The notes under the pieces are model-generated. The model did no database searches, was not told where the DNA came from, and saw only the letters and a list, made by a program, of their open reading frames with translations. Made by a program: the position numbers and the translations under genes. A stretch of DNA of 64,000 nt, taken from a virus (taxonomy: Duplodnaviria; Caudoviricetes). The stretch lies in IMG/VR virus record IMGVR_UViG_3300021387_000075. One strand, written 5' to 3'. This document shows, piece by piece, positions 19,320 through 30,741 of this stretch (the first letter of the stretch is position 1; each line of letters begins with the position of its first letter).

Positions 19320-21384
19320 TCTTTACTCCTTTTACCGCTCTTCCGGTATTTTTATAATTAGAATCTCCTACCCACTTGGCTTCTTTGACATATCCATCTT
19401 TATCCAACTTAATAGCCTTAACGCCTTTCGTGAGCCGTCCCGTGTAACCTATATCAGACAGAGGATAACAATTGTAATAATCATTATTACTGATAATTAC
19501 TACCTTATCGTCATCATCGCTACTTAGGATGACCGATACTAGTGAATCACCTTCTTCCAACTTAATCGCGGCAGTTCCTTTTTTCGCGCGAGTTAGATAT
19601 TCAGCAATATGACTTTTCTTAATGAAGCCGTGCCGAGTTACACAAGTAACCGATTGGAAGGCATTAAAGGTACGAGCATCAATTAGAAGAAGTGGCTTTT
19701 CAGCGCCAATTGGGAATACATCTGTAAGCTTTATATCCTTATCATACTTAATTTTACTAAGTGATTCGCTATACATTTTCCCGCCAGAAGTAAATAGAAC
19801 CAGAGAGCCAAGATTGGTTGTATATAACGCTTCTCCACGCTTTCCTCTACTTACATCCTTCTTAACCACCTTAATGAAACTTCCATTCTGAAGAACAATT
19901 ACATCTTCTTCTTTAATTTCTTCCGGCTCTTCTTCATCACCAAGGATATTTTCAATTTTAGTTCTACGAGCATCACCAAATTTTTGGGATACTAGATTTA
20001 GTGTCTCAATCAATTTTTCATCCAAAGCGGTAGGTTCAGATAATAAGTAGTTACACGATCCAATGAATTTGGTAATTTCTGCCAGCTCTTCATTTATTTT
20101 CACGCCGTCAAGTCGGCACAGGCGTGATAACTTCATATCCAGAATCGCATCTACCTGCGGTTCATTGAACTGATACTTAGCAATCAATGCTTTCTTGGCA
20201 TCTGCTGGACTATCACTACCTTTAATAATAGCAACTACGTTGTCAATATCTGCGAGTGCAATCAGCAATCCATTCAAGATATTTTCGCGCGCGAGTGCTT
20301 TATCCAAATCAAATTGAATCATATTGCGCTTACACGCTCTAATATGAGCAATATAGGCATCACATGCTTCGCGCCATCCGAATACTTTTGGGAATCTTCC
20401 TTGATCCAGAAGAATCATATTGATTGAATAATGATTTTCCAACGAAGTGTCATGATAAAGTTTTGCAATCATTTTATCAGGATTCTGACCTTTGGAGAGA
20501 TAAATACGTATATCTGCTTCCTTCTTTGTGTGATCTATAACTTTATCAATTCCATATTCTGGATTATCATTTACAAGTGCGGCCAATTGGTCCATTACTG
20601 TATTTGTAAAGACACCATAAGGAAGTTCAGTAGCTTGAAGCATATTTTCCTTAGGAACAAATTTGATATTTGCGCGCAAACGAATAGACTTACCTTTTCC
20701 TACTCTTAGGCTTTCTTTGACTTCTGCGGCATTAGTAATAGTACCACCTGTAGCAAAATCCGGAGCACAATAAATATCATCGTATGATACTTGAGGATTT
20801 TGGATAATCTTTATAAGCGCATTATTTACCTCTTTAAGGTTGAACTGTGGTACGGAGGTAGCCATCGCAACCGCAATACCTTGACAGCCATTTACAATGT
20901 TCCAATATCCAATTGAAGGAAATACAGATGGAATTTGTTCGGTGCTATCATAATTATCATACCATTCTGTAATTGCGTTTTTCTTGAGGCCGTCAAACAT
21001 AAAGTCCGCAACTTCGCCTGCCTTCATTTCAACATAACGAGCAGCCGCATGGCTGTCGGGAGATGAAGGATTGCCATAGCTTCCTTGAACATCTTCGAGT
21101 GGATAGCGACTTGACCAAGGCCGGGCCGCACGTATTAGTGCATCATACATTGCTACATCGCCATGTACATATGATTGAGACATTGCGGCGGCAACACTCT
21201 TCTGAGCTTTTTGGAACTTGTCTTTATGAGTGAGCTTATTGGTGAATTGTGCATATAGACCTTGCCGCAGACCAATTTTAAGCATATCCCTAACATCTGG
21301 CAATGACCGCTCTTGAGCTATAGAAGCTCCGTACTTTAGAAATGCATCCTCAATGGTGTGCTGAAAATCTACTTGCTTAATCAT
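19312..21384 (-). CDS. type IIA topoisomerase subunit A (GyrA/ParC-like)
   Basis: RSLPDVRD, YVHGD, AAARY catalytic Tyr, GIAVAMAT, PDFATGG, beta-pinwheel repeats. Confidence 0.95.
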   Translation of the reverse strand: MIKQVDFQHTIEDAFLKYGASIAQERSLPDVRDMLKIGLRQGLYAQFTNKLTHKDKFQKAQKSVAAAMSQSYVHGDVAMYDALIRAARPWSSRYPLEDVQGSYGNPSSPDSHAAARYVEMKAGEVADFMFDGLKKNAITEWYDNYDSTEQIPSVFPSIGYWNIVNGCQGIAVAMATSVPQFNLKEVNNALIKIIQNPQVSYDDIYCAPDFATGGTITNAAEVKESLRVGKGKSIRLRANIKFVPKENMLQATELPYGVFTNTVMDQLAALVNDNPEYGIDKVIDHTKKEADIRIYLSKGQNPDKMIAKLYHDTSLENHYSINMILLDQGRFPKVFGWREACDAYIAHIRACKRNMIQFDLDKALARENILNGLLIALADIDNVVAIIKGSDSPADAKKALIAKYQFNEPQVDAILDMKLSRLCRLDGVKINEELAEITKFIGSCNYLLSEPTALDEKLIETLNLVSQKFGDARRTKIENILGDEEEPEEIKEEDVIVLQNGSFIKVVKKDVSRGKRGEALYTTNLGSLVLFTSGGKMYSESLSKIKYDKDIKLTDVFPIGAEKPLLLIDARTFNAFQSVTCVTRHGFIKKSHIAEYLTRAKKGTAAIKLEEGDSLVSVILSSDDDDKVVIISNNDYYNCYPLSDIGYTGRLTKGVKAIKLDKDGYVKEAKWVGDSNYKNTGRAVKGVKNA

Positions 21385-21433
21385 CTTCTCACTCCTTTTT
21401 ATTTATTATAACATAAATTTTAGAAATTGTCAA

Positions 21434-22597
21434 TTATTTCTCTGGATGTTTATGTTTTATTACTACTCGTGCATATTTTTTCTTGCCATTAACATAAGGA
21501 TAACCTAGATTATATTCAGATTTTTTTGTTGTTGCCATTAATCCAATAAGTTCAAACTGATCTGGATTAAAATAATTAAGAAAAGAAATCGGCACAGCCA
21601 TAAGATCTTCATAATCTTTAGGAATATTAATAGTTTTATCTATATTAATAATGGGTTGATCATCTAAAAAATTATAATCTTCACGTTTATAAAGCGTGTT
21701 GTAATAACTGGCTGTTAATTGTAATGGAGTAGTATGGCGTTCGTTAGGCATATTGGTATACCAACAAATGTTTCCAAAATTAGCTTGAGTTATACCTTCT
21801 TTAGTAGTAGTATTATTTGAAGTATATCCATCTGGCACATAAAAATGATGTACTCCATGAAGTCCGCGCCACATTTTCCCCTCTTTCATTAATGCAAATC
21901 CATATTGATAAGAAGCTACATTTTCATTTCCAATTACTAAGAAATTTTTCTTATATTCGATAATAGGTTCAATAAATTCTTTAAATAAACTAAAGGGCGG
22001 ATTAGTAAATACTATATCGCATTTTTTTAAAATATTGAGACTTTCTTCGGACATAAAACTGCCATCCCCCTCTAAAGGAGTAACTATCACGTCCTGTTCT
22101 CTTACTGGATGTCCATCTTCTGCAGCATGTAATGTGTAGAGCATTGGACATTCGCCATACGACATGGCATACATTGTTTTAATTTTGAAATTATTAAATT
22201 TACGAACAATGAATTGATAAAAATTACTTTCTGGACCGTCATTACAATTTAAGAATACAATTTTATCTTTAAAATATGGTTTATATGGAATTGTTTCAAC
22301 TTCAATATCTTCAAAGCGTGTATAAAATTCATCATTTTTAACTTTTTTTGCTACTAGAAGATTATCATTAGTTGCGCCCTGAGCTTCTAATGTTTCAATA
22401 TTTGGATTAAATGTATATGTTATTGGTTTAGTTTCATGCTTAAATAAATATCCGTTATTAGCTAGTGCAGATAAAGTATTAGCCGCGATTTTAGTTTGCA
22501 TTTTTTCACTCAAACTAGCAGCAGAAAAATCACCTTCTGGAAAAAATTTCTTTATTCCTTCATAAGCTATCATACCTTTTTGTGAAATTTTACTCAT
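21434..22597 (-). CDS. adenine-specific DNA methyltransferase (EcoRI-methylase-like) with N-terminal wHTH
   Basis: KNDEFYT, VFLNCND, GDGSF, DIVFTNPPFSLF, MAVPISFL, YARVVI. Confidence 0.88.
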   Translation of the reverse strand: MSKISQKGMIAYEGIKKFFPEGDFSAASLSEKMQTKIAANTLSALANNGYLFKHETKPITYTFNPNIETLEAQGATNDNLLVAKKVKNDEFYTRFEDIEVETIPYKPYFKDKIVFLNCNDGPESNFYQFIVRKFNNFKIKTMYAMSYGECPMLYTLHAAEDGHPVREQDVIVTPLEGDGSFMSEESLNILKKCDIVFTNPPFSLFKEFIEPIIEYKKNFLVIGNENVASYQYGFALMKEGKMWRGLHGVHHFYVPDGYTSNNTTTKEGITQANFGNICWYTNMPNERHTTPLQLTASYYNTLYKREDYNFLDDQPIINIDKTINIPKDYEDLMAVPISFLNYFNPDQFELIGLMATTKKSEYNLGYPYVNGKKKYARVVIKHKHPEK

Positions 22598-23813
22598 TTA
22601 AATATTCCTCCCAAATTTTATTAGATTTATGCTGATTACATTTTTTACATAGAATTTGACAATTCTCTTCAACGGTACGTCCACCTTCGCTCCAAGGAAT
22701 TTTATGGTCTGCCTGTGCATTTGCCCATGACATATCAATTCCACATAAAGCACATTTATGATTTTGACGTTCATACGCTCTACGTTTTACTGCGTCAGAA
22801 AATGTTCTAAAGTTTAATTCTCTAGGATTATGAGTAAATACATAAGTATAAATACCTTTACATTTTTCTACTTCTTCATGATCTTCGTCGCCACGAAGCA
22901 ATGCAACTAATTCTTTTTCAATTTCATCTGGATCAACGATTACATTATGAAAATTATTATATAACCAGCCCCAATCAACGGCTTTCATTAATGAAAGTCG
23001 ATCTTCAGCTTGATTAATAAATGTAGAATTAATCCAGTCAATAATTTTATAAAATTCATCACATACTTTTTGTGCTTCGTCTATATTATTATGACATTTA
23101 TTCATAAGAGTTAGAATATCATCATTACTCACCCATTTAAGAGCAGTTTCTAACAAACCTTGGCGATTCCATTTAGATGCACTACTAGTAATATTACGAG
23201 ATAAAGTATAACCTGCACAGTTTAATACAGAAAAATAATGTTTAAGCAATTCGGTGCCTTCGCCCATAAAAATCGCATTTCTACGTTCTTGGTCTGTCAA
23301 TACTACTGAATTAGCATTAATTTTTTCAAACCATTTTAATTGCGTATCTAATGAACCAAGACATTTATACATATTAATTTGATAATTGTTGATAATATTC
23401 CAAACTTCCGGTAATTCATAATACAAATCTTCATAGAAAAGATTTTTACCATTATAGGTGATAGAGAATTGTCCATCAATGAATCTACAAAGCGCAATCA
23501 GTCTCTGTTGACCATCAATTACGACCGTCAAATCTGCTAAAGAACCATCTGGATAAACTTCTTGACCTAGATAAATTGTACCGATAGGAGCATTATTTGC
23601 AATAGTAGTAATTAGTTTTTTATTTTGGTCTTCATTCCATACCGCATTACGCTGAAATGAAGGACGAAGACAAATATGCTTATTAAGGCACCATGCACCG
23701 CCGCTTTCACCATTATCTACAAATCCTTCAGCTAATTCTGTAATTTTATAAGAAATTGGCTGCATTGTAAAATCCGTACCCCAGAGTTCAAGAGAATCTT
23801 TCATCAAATTCAT
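22590..23813 (-). CDS. DUF262 (GmrS/ParB-like) domain + C-terminal HNH endonuclease
   Basis: PSFQRNAVW, VIDGQQRL, FEKINAN; CALC...ADHKIPWSEGGRT..NCQILCKKCN. Confidence 0.9.
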   Translation of the reverse strand: MNLMKDSLELWGTDFTMQPISYKITELAEGFVDNGESGGAWCLNKHICLRPSFQRNAVWNEDQNKKLITTIANNAPIGTIYLGQEVYPDGSLADLTVVIDGQQRLIALCRFIDGQFSITYNGKNLFYEDLYYELPEVWNIINNYQINMYKCLGSLDTQLKWFEKINANSVVLTDQERRNAIFMGEGTELLKHYFSVLNCAGYTLSRNITSSASKWNRQGLLETALKWVSNDDILTLMNKCHNNIDEAQKVCDEFYKIIDWINSTFINQAEDRLSLMKAVDWGWLYNNFHNVIVDPDEIEKELVALLRGDEDHEEVEKCKGIYTYVFTHNPRELNFRTFSDAVKRRAYERQNHKCALCGIDMSWANAQADHKIPWSEGGRTVEENCQILCKKCNQHKSNKIWEEYLNE

Positions 23814-23836
23814 CCTTTCATATTTTTTATATACAT

Positions 23837-23865
23837 ATTATACCATGAAAATTTCTGAATGTCAA
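23837..23865 (-). promoter_or_regulatory. sigma70-type promoter for the DUF262-HNH/MTase cassette
   Basis: TTGACA-N17-TATAAT with TG; -35 overlaps the topoisomerase B stop. Confidence 0.75.
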
Positions 23866-25727
23866 GTATTTAAAATATTAAAATCCACGTTCTCAAACAA
23901 GAAGTCTCTGCGTCCCTCAACTTCTGTACCCATTAGCATTTGTAGTGACTCAGCTGCGGCTTCTGCATCGTTTATAGTAAGAATATCCAAGCGCCGATTT
24001 GTCGGATGTAACATTGATTCTTCCATATCATCTGCCACCATTTCGCCCAAGCCTTTGTAGCGTGACTGTTCCCATCCAGACCGAGTTTTTCTCAGCTCAG
24101 TAAGCTCATCTTCATCATAAGCATAAACATGCTGATTTCCCTTACTCAATCTATAAAGGGGTGCGCGCAGCCATCCGAGCCGTCCTTCTTCAATAAACTT
24201 CGGCATTAGGACATAAAAGAGCGTAGTAATAAGGCACATGATATTATAGCCATCTACGTCTGCGTCAACTGCAATCGCAACTTTCCCATAGTTAAGCTTC
24301 TTACCATTGTAACGGTCTTGAATACCACATCCAAGTGCCATGATGATATCAGATACTTCCTGATTCTCCAAACACTCATCAAGCGGATGCTTCATTAGAT
24401 TCTTAACTTTACCACGCACCGCATACAATGCTTCTGTCTTTACATCGCGCGCGGGCATTAGGCCGCCCAATGCGGAATTACCTTCGCATATAATAAGCAT
24501 TGAGTCCTGACCGTGCTTTTCACAATCCTTAAACTTATCGGAAGAAGTAACCTTACGCTTACGCTGTTCGGTTTCTTTTTTCTCCATATTCATAATTGCT
24601 TCTCGCGCGCGAGTCGCAGCAGCTTCGGCCTTCTCAATCTTAGTAAGCATCTCGACAATCGCGCTAAACTCATTTGAGTGCTGAGCTGCCATATCTTTAA
24701 GCGCGTTGGAGAATGCGGTTGAAGCCAAGGTTCTGAGTGAAGCATTATTGATTTTAGATTTAGTCTGATTCGCAAAAGAAGGATTTTCTACTTTACAGTT
24801 AATTACATAGAAGAGGTTCTTACGAATATATTCTCCATCAAAGGAGGCATTAGCAAGCGTATTAAATGTCTTCGTTATTGCGCTTCTCGCGCCCGTAATT
24901 GGACTGCCGCCTTCTGGGCACCTAAGGCCATTTACAAATACATATGCGGTTTCGCGCTTAGTGCCCCATTGAAAAGCAATTTCCAGACTGTCTGTTCCAT
25001 CGGTTGCTGAACCGGTAATAATACTTTTTTGAAGCGGTTTCTTTACATTTACCGATACAAAATCAATGATGCCATTTTTCGCGCAATAAGTCTTTACATC
25101 TGTACCATCTGTAACAATAAACTCAATTCCAGGATAAAGATATGAAATATCTTGAATATCTTGGCAAATGCGCGAAAACTCATATCCGATGGGGCCATTT
25201 GAGAATACCTCTGGATCAGGTACAAAGTAAATATAAGTACCTGCTTTTATAGTAGTACATTTACGTTCTTCATAGTTAGTAAGAATACCTTTCTCAAATG
25301 TGGCTGTTGCTTTCTTCCCATCACGGATACTTGTAACTTCGAATTGAGCAGAAGAAAGGCAAACGCATGAGCCGCCAATACCATTCAAGCCAGATGCGTT
25401 TTTATAAGCATCATGTGAGAACTTGCCACCAGTATGACTTTTTGTGAAGATAGATACAAGCACATTTTCTCCATCTTCACGAATCCCAAATGGAACTCCG
25501 CGCCCATAATCACGAACGCTAACGCCATTGGTATCTATATCTAATTTAATTTCGATACGTTTCCCATATCCCGCAAGCGCTTCATCGGTACTATTGTTGA
25601 TAATCTCTTTAAGCGCCTGATATGTTCCTTCAATATCATCGCTTCCAAGATACATCTGAATCCGCGTGCGAACTCCTTCTCGGAAGGATAGGCTTTGTAT
25701 CGAATTTACATCATAGGTTTCTGCCAT
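23862..25727 (-). CDS. type IIA topoisomerase subunit B (GyrB/ParE-like)
   Basis: GHKL motifs EIINNSTDE, DYGRGVP, HTGGKF, SGLNGIG; TOPRIM EGNSA, DADVDG, YKGLGEM. Confidence 0.95.
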   Translation of the reverse strand: MAETYDVNSIQSLSFREGVRTRIQMYLGSDDIEGTYQALKEIINNSTDEALAGYGKRIEIKLDIDTNGVSVRDYGRGVPFGIREDGENVLVSIFTKSHTGGKFSHDAYKNASGLNGIGGSCVCLSSAQFEVTSIRDGKKATATFEKGILTNYEERKCTTIKAGTYIYFVPDPEVFSNGPIGYEFSRICQDIQDISYLYPGIEFIVTDGTDVKTYCAKNGIIDFVSVNVKKPLQKSIITGSATDGTDSLEIAFQWGTKRETAYVFVNGLRCPEGGSPITGARSAITKTFNTLANASFDGEYIRKNLFYVINCKVENPSFANQTKSKINNASLRTLASTAFSNALKDMAAQHSNEFSAIVEMLTKIEKAEAAATRAREAIMNMEKKETEQRKRKVTSSDKFKDCEKHGQDSMLIICEGNSALGGLMPARDVKTEALYAVRGKVKNLMKHPLDECLENQEVSDIIMALGCGIQDRYNGKKLNYGKVAIAVDADVDGYNIMCLITTLFYVLMPKFIEEGRLGWLRAPLYRLSKGNQHVYAYDEDELTELRKTRSGWEQSRYKGLGEMVADDMEESMLHPTNRRLDILTINDAEAAAESLQMLMGTEVEGRRDFLFENVDFNILNT

Positions 25728-26129
25728 TCTCTCACCTCTCTCTTTCTTACAATATATTATAGCATAAATTTAAAAAAGAGTCAATTATTTAATCGACTCC
25801 TGATATTCGATAACTTCTTTAAACCATCTATAAACCGGGCATCCGTCATCGGGTAATCCCCAGCATCCGGCGGTACGACAAGGACACTTATGATTATAAA
25901 GCCAACATCGTTTGTCCTTTTCAAGCTCCAAATTAAATTCCATATTATTACTCCAAATTTACAAAATCAAAATCATCCTTATCATAAGGCCAATTACTAT
26001 GTACCCAAGTTGCCCTAGAAACCTTAATCCAATGTGGGTCATCGCGCGTAGCCCAGTCTATATCAGACATAGTGGCTACCGGCATATCTTGCGGCCATTT
26101 CTGTAATTCTTCAATTAGTTGTTTTACTG

Positions 26130-26579
26130 TCATGTTAGCACCGTCCTACACTTTCCATGGTTGGTTTCGCGCGGATTATCCAGAATCCATCTAAGTTCGC
26201 TTTTTATACCACCATAGTTCTTATCTGAGTTAATAAAGCTAGCGCTGCCCCAGTATGTCATGAGGGATGTAGGCTCATTGGTTACCTGGATTACATGAAC
26301 TGGAATCCCCTTTGCATAAGCATAGCCTTGTTCCCAATTTGTACCTGCAGTAGAGTTCCTACCAATACTAATAAGAATTACTGATTCACAGGAATCAATT
26401 GCGGCGACATCAGCTTCAAAGACTTTCTTAGCCCAATCTTCCTGTGAATAATCCCACGCGTTCTCAATTTTTAGTTCCCACGGGCAATAGATTTCTGCGC
26501 CCTTTTCGCGCAAATACTTAGCAACCTGAACCATAAAAGTACGATTAGTAGAATCACACGGACCAGCAATGTAAAACAT
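26130..26579 (-). CDS. nucleoside 2-deoxyribosyltransferase-family protein
   Basis: FYIAGP, VFEADVAAID, TAGTNWEQGYAYAKGIPV. Confidence 0.85.
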   Translation of the reverse strand: MFYIAGPCDSTNRTFMVQVAKYLREKGAEIYCPWELKIENAWDYSQEDWAKKVFEADVAAIDSCESVILISIGRNSTAGTNWEQGYAYAKGIPVHVIQVTNEPTSLMTYWGSASFINSDKNYGGIKSELRWILDNPRETNHGKCRTVLT

Positions 26580-26580
26580 A

Positions 26581-29500
26581 TTATTCCTCCCAATTAATAT
26601 CAACAGAGCATTTATAACCATCTGGTAAGCAATTTTCCGCGCGAGTATCGAGCCTATTGATGCGTTCTTGATACGCGCCAGTTAGGATATAATGTTCTTT
26701 AACATTAGAAACATACTCACCTTCATATTCGCGCGGATCGACTTCCTCGTTCCAACTATAAGTGACCGATACTTTAAGTTTCAGTTTTGAAGTATCCAAG
26801 TTTATTCACCGCCATTTCTACACATTCATAAAGGATATGGGTTCTAATAAGACAATCAATATAGCGCGCGGGCGCACGATGAAACTCTTCTTTCATAGAT
26901 TTTGTAAAATCATAGCCCCACTCTTCAATGACTTCAACTAATTCGGGCAGCCCATAACCGACATAGCTGGCACATTCTTCTTCCGTCCCATAGTAGAAGC
27001 CGCCGTTGCCCGTAATCATATCTACGCCCCAAAGCTCATCTTCCAGAGCTTCCACATATTCATCTCGGGTCATTTCGGGCGCCGGTTCCATATAATTATC
27101 TACTACATAATTCATAATATCTTTAACCATTGCTTCTCTATAATTATACATTACCAAACCTCCGTATCTGTAATGTCTTCAGATTCGCCGCAAATGGGGC
27201 ATACAACTTTTAGAATAATACCAACTCCAGTTCCAGTAGGAATAAGATAGGGCCTGCGGCCACCGTCTGCCTTCGACTCTGCCCGCATATGCATATGTCT
27301 TTTCTCAAATTGAAGATACCTATCCTTCTCCTTTTGAGAACTAAAAGAACCATATGATAGACGAAGCTGTTCGCGCAAGCTATTCATTTCATTTTGAAAT
27401 TGCTTATAAACAAATTCATAAGCATCATCTTTAAGCTTTCTATTTTCTTCTGCTATGCGCTGGTATTGTTCTCTATAGTAACGAATAGTATCAGTTACCG
27501 CAGTCGCAAGTTCATTTGCTTCATATACTACGGAAGATTGCTTTGTCTCTGTATCATATGTGTAAACCATATTATTCCTCCATTCTGACACTGAAGCCCT
27601 GTAAATCAAGATTAAAATCTTGCTTAAAATACTCCTGCATTACATCATCAAGTTTATGGACAAACAGGGGTTTGGTATCATCAAATTCGCCATATAGTAA
27701 ATCATTGAGGTCAATAATATAAAGAGAATCGAAGCCATACGCCTCTGCTTTAACTTGAAGTGCGCGCTTATTAGTAGTAAGAATAATACCATCGGCTTCA
27801 AGCGCCATTTCCATTAGTTCTTTTGTCTTTCCAGTCCCAATAGGACGAGCAATTACTTTCATTTCTTAGTCTCCTTTTAATCCATATACTCCTTACGCAT
27901 AATGCCGCAGTTCGGGCAGTACCTATCGTTGTCATATACAATGCTAATGACGCGACATTCTGGACACCTGTACGCCATTACTTCATCAGTAGTAACAGTT
28001 GGCGCAGTATCAATAACTGCTTGCGCTTTATCCATAACTGCTTTGGCGAAATTAAACATTTCTTCTGTATCGGGCATATGCATTTCATAAATCAAATCCC
28101 AAAGCATCTCATCGCGCCCGAGGGATGGCGCATTAAGGTCACAATCATCACGATAAATTAGTTCTCGCATTTTATTTCACCGCCTTTGGTTGATATTCTG
28201 ATAATGCTTCTCTGATTTCGTCAAAATTTAATTCCCAGGTTTCACCGAGCCTGTATCTTTTTGACCTTTGTCCTTTTTCCAGTAAGACAAGCTCTACTTC
28301 GCGGCGAGTTATAAGATCATTATCTTTCATTCTTTTACCACCTTCTTCCGTCCGCACAGAAAAATGTTTGTTCCCGCGGCAATCCACAATTATCACATAT
28401 GGAAATTCGTTCATCATACCATCTGCAATCCTTGCATTGGACAATTTCACTAATTTGTCCGCTCTTAAATAGTTCTCCAATTATTCCAGCAGCATCAACT
28501 AACAGATGCCAATCAAATCCATAATCGCCGCTGAAATTTCCTGTTTTAATTCTCATTAAGGCTTCTTTTTCGGTCATTATGTTTCACCACTTTTCCCATC
28601 CGCACAAAACCATTCTCCACGATTGTCGAGCATAAAAAGTGGAAAACCTTTTTCCGCGGCAATTGCCGCAAGCACACACTTTTCAACTTTCCCCTTATGA
28701 ATACAATCCTTGCACCGGACAATTTCTTCCTGCGCGGTGGGTTGCATAGCTACCATCTTCATAAAGTGGTCGTGCTCAAAATCGTGATTTGCTATGGCTC
28801 GAGGGTCTTTATGCGGATTCTGCATTTTGCTTTTTTGGATTGCATCTTGTAAGGCATATGCATCAATCAAACGCGCCATTATTCATTCTCCTTTGCGTGA
28901 TTTCATCAATAAGCTGCTGTTGTTCTTTTATTACGGCAAGGGCATCGGCGGCAAGATGTGGCATACCATAAGGCAAATCAGTGTCTATGCATTCGTGTCC
29001 ATATGGGCATTTTCGACATTCATCGCCACTCATCGCGGCGCAACATTTCAATCCTTTGATAACTTTCTCCCTATTAGTCAAGCCCATTCCATCTTACCGC
29101 CTTCCCGCATTTCGAGCAATAGTTATCGCGCGCGTAGGTCGCATTGACTAGATGCTTGCCGCAGTACCCACATTTATACTGCTTAATGAGCCCATTCATA
29201 AATACTTTGGGCGTGACCGCATCTTGCCATTCAAGTAAATTAAGCATATCTGTTATTAAGTCTTCCATACAATGCGTTCCGCTTTTCGAGCATTCAGCGC
29301 AATTATCGCAGATACATTGCATTGCATCGGATAGTATCTGATCTCGATTAATCATTTTATCTCCTTTATGTAACGGGTTGAAGGACTTCTTGGAATACAG
29401 CCTGATTGGCGTATTTAAATACCTGATTATTTAATTTCGCTCCACACCAGGGACAGTATTTGATTGGTATATTTACTTCAATACTATCCTTACCTTCAAG

Positions 29501-29620
29501 ATGAATAACTAAACTATTGAAGAAGTCGATGAAAGCGTCACCTTCATAACCAAGAGTTACATCATAGCCTTCTTTAAGAGAGCACGCACTCTCAGTAAAT
29601 TTGCGACAGTATTCACACAT
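26581..29620 (-). other. array of ~11 small tightly packed hypothetical ORFs, several with CxxC motifs
   Basis: ORFs such as 26774..27157, 27572..27862, 27877..28170, 28577..28879, 29074..29355 and 29366..29620 with AGGAG RBS and overlapping stop/start. Confidence 0.75.
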
Positions 29621-29785
29621 TTTTTATCTCCCCTTTCGTAAGTATATTATACTATAATTTTGATATTATGTCAATTTTTTGACTTATGTTAATTTGATTA
29701 TCAGCGCCTTGGCGCGATAGCGCCAACTCGGCGCATTTCTTATATTTTTATTATATTAATTTTATTATGTTTTATTATATTATGT

Positions 29786-29935
29786 ATGTTCTCACGACAC
29801 AGATGAAGAGTGTTCTCACAACACACATTCCGGATTTGAGGACACACATCAGGTGTGTTTTCACGACACACCTGTGTCTTCAAAACATACATTGATGAAG
29901 TGTGTCGTGAAGACACAGGTGTGTTCTCAAAACAT
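29786..29935. repeat. array of seven ~15-bp GTGTYYTCAMRACAY repeats (iteron-like; candidate origin)
   Basis: Direct copies at 29786, 29810, 29855, 29874, 29921; inverted at 29902 and partial at 29831; AT-rich tract 29740-29785 adjacent. Confidence 0.8.
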
Positions 29936-29938
29936 ACA

Positions 29939-30274
29939 TTATTCCATAATTTTTTTATATATAATTTTAAGATATTTATAAGGTTCATATTCTAAAAAAC
30001 CTCGTTCAATAAGCGCATCGCGCGCTGTATTATATCGTTTATGGTCAAAATTACACGCTTTTAAAATAGTTGCTTCTGCTGGATGGAAGTCACCATTTTG
30101 CCGCTGAAAGATTAAATAAAGTAATAATGTTTTTTGTGCGCCACTTTTATTATCAATCTTTTGGTTAATCTTTTCAAACATTTCGGGCGCGATTTGATAA
30201 AATAAGTTCTTTTCATTATAAGTAGATTTATCTACATCGCTCAATAATGCGAGTGCTTTCTTTTCATTTGCCAT
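29939..30274 (-). CDS. winged-HTH protein next to repeat array (candidate initiator)
   Basis: TLLLYL...PAEATILKACNFDHKRYNTARDALIERGFL. Confidence 0.6.
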   Translation of the reverse strand: MANEKKALALLSDVDKSTYNEKNLFYQIAPEMFEKINQKIDNKSGAQKTLLLYLIFQRQNGDFHPAEATILKACNFDHKRYNTARDALIERGFLEYEPYKYLKIIYKKIME

Positions 30275-30286
30275 TTAGGTTCCTCC

Positions 30287-30475
30287 TTATCGCTTAGATT
30301 GCGATATGCGGCGGAAAGCTTCTTGAAATTCTGGTGAATTTTCAAATATCCATACTTTAAATTCTGGATTATATTCATTTATATCAGTACTTATAATTTT
30401 AAAGCCTTCGCGCCGAAGTTGTAAGGCTATCCAACGAGTATATACTCGGTAGCCTTTATTTTGTAATTTTGTCAT
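30287..30475 (-). CDS. small hypothetical protein
   Basis: 62-aa ORF coupled to the HTH gene. Confidence 0.65.
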   Translation of the reverse strand: MTKLQNKGYRVYTRWIALQLRREGFKIISTDINEYNPEFKVWIFENSPEFQEAFRRISQSKR

Positions 30476-30653
30476 TTTCTTCCTCCATAACTGCTTCCAT
30501 TTTATCTAGCAATTTTACCGATGGATTTTTAGTTCCTTTAAAAATACGACTTAAATGTTCTTGGCTGCATCCAATATGGTTGGCCGCTTCGGTTTGCGTC
30601 CATCCTTTATTATATGCAAATAATTCATATCGCTTTATAACATCTCTTGTCAA
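30456..30653 (-). CDS. XRE-family HTH regulator
   Basis: WTQTEAANHIGCSQEHLSRIFKGTKNPS. Confidence 0.9.
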   Translation of the reverse strand: MTRDVIKRYELFAYNKGWTQTEAANHIGCSQEHLSRIFKGTKNPSVKLLDKMEAVMEEENDKITK

Positions 30654-30741
30654 ATTATCACCTCCTGCCTTAAAGACATAATCTTAAATAAAAGAAATAT
30701 GACCTATCCTCCATAGAATAAGTCATAACATAATCTTTAAA

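Noticed and set aside
29786-29935. CRISPR array
   Set aside because: Repeats are ~15 bp, degenerate, in mixed orientation and 4-13 bp apart; no cas genes are present.
29740-29988. 82-aa ORF with CENT repeats
   Set aside because: It is a translation of the DNA repeat array and overlaps the wHTH gene; no RBS was seen.
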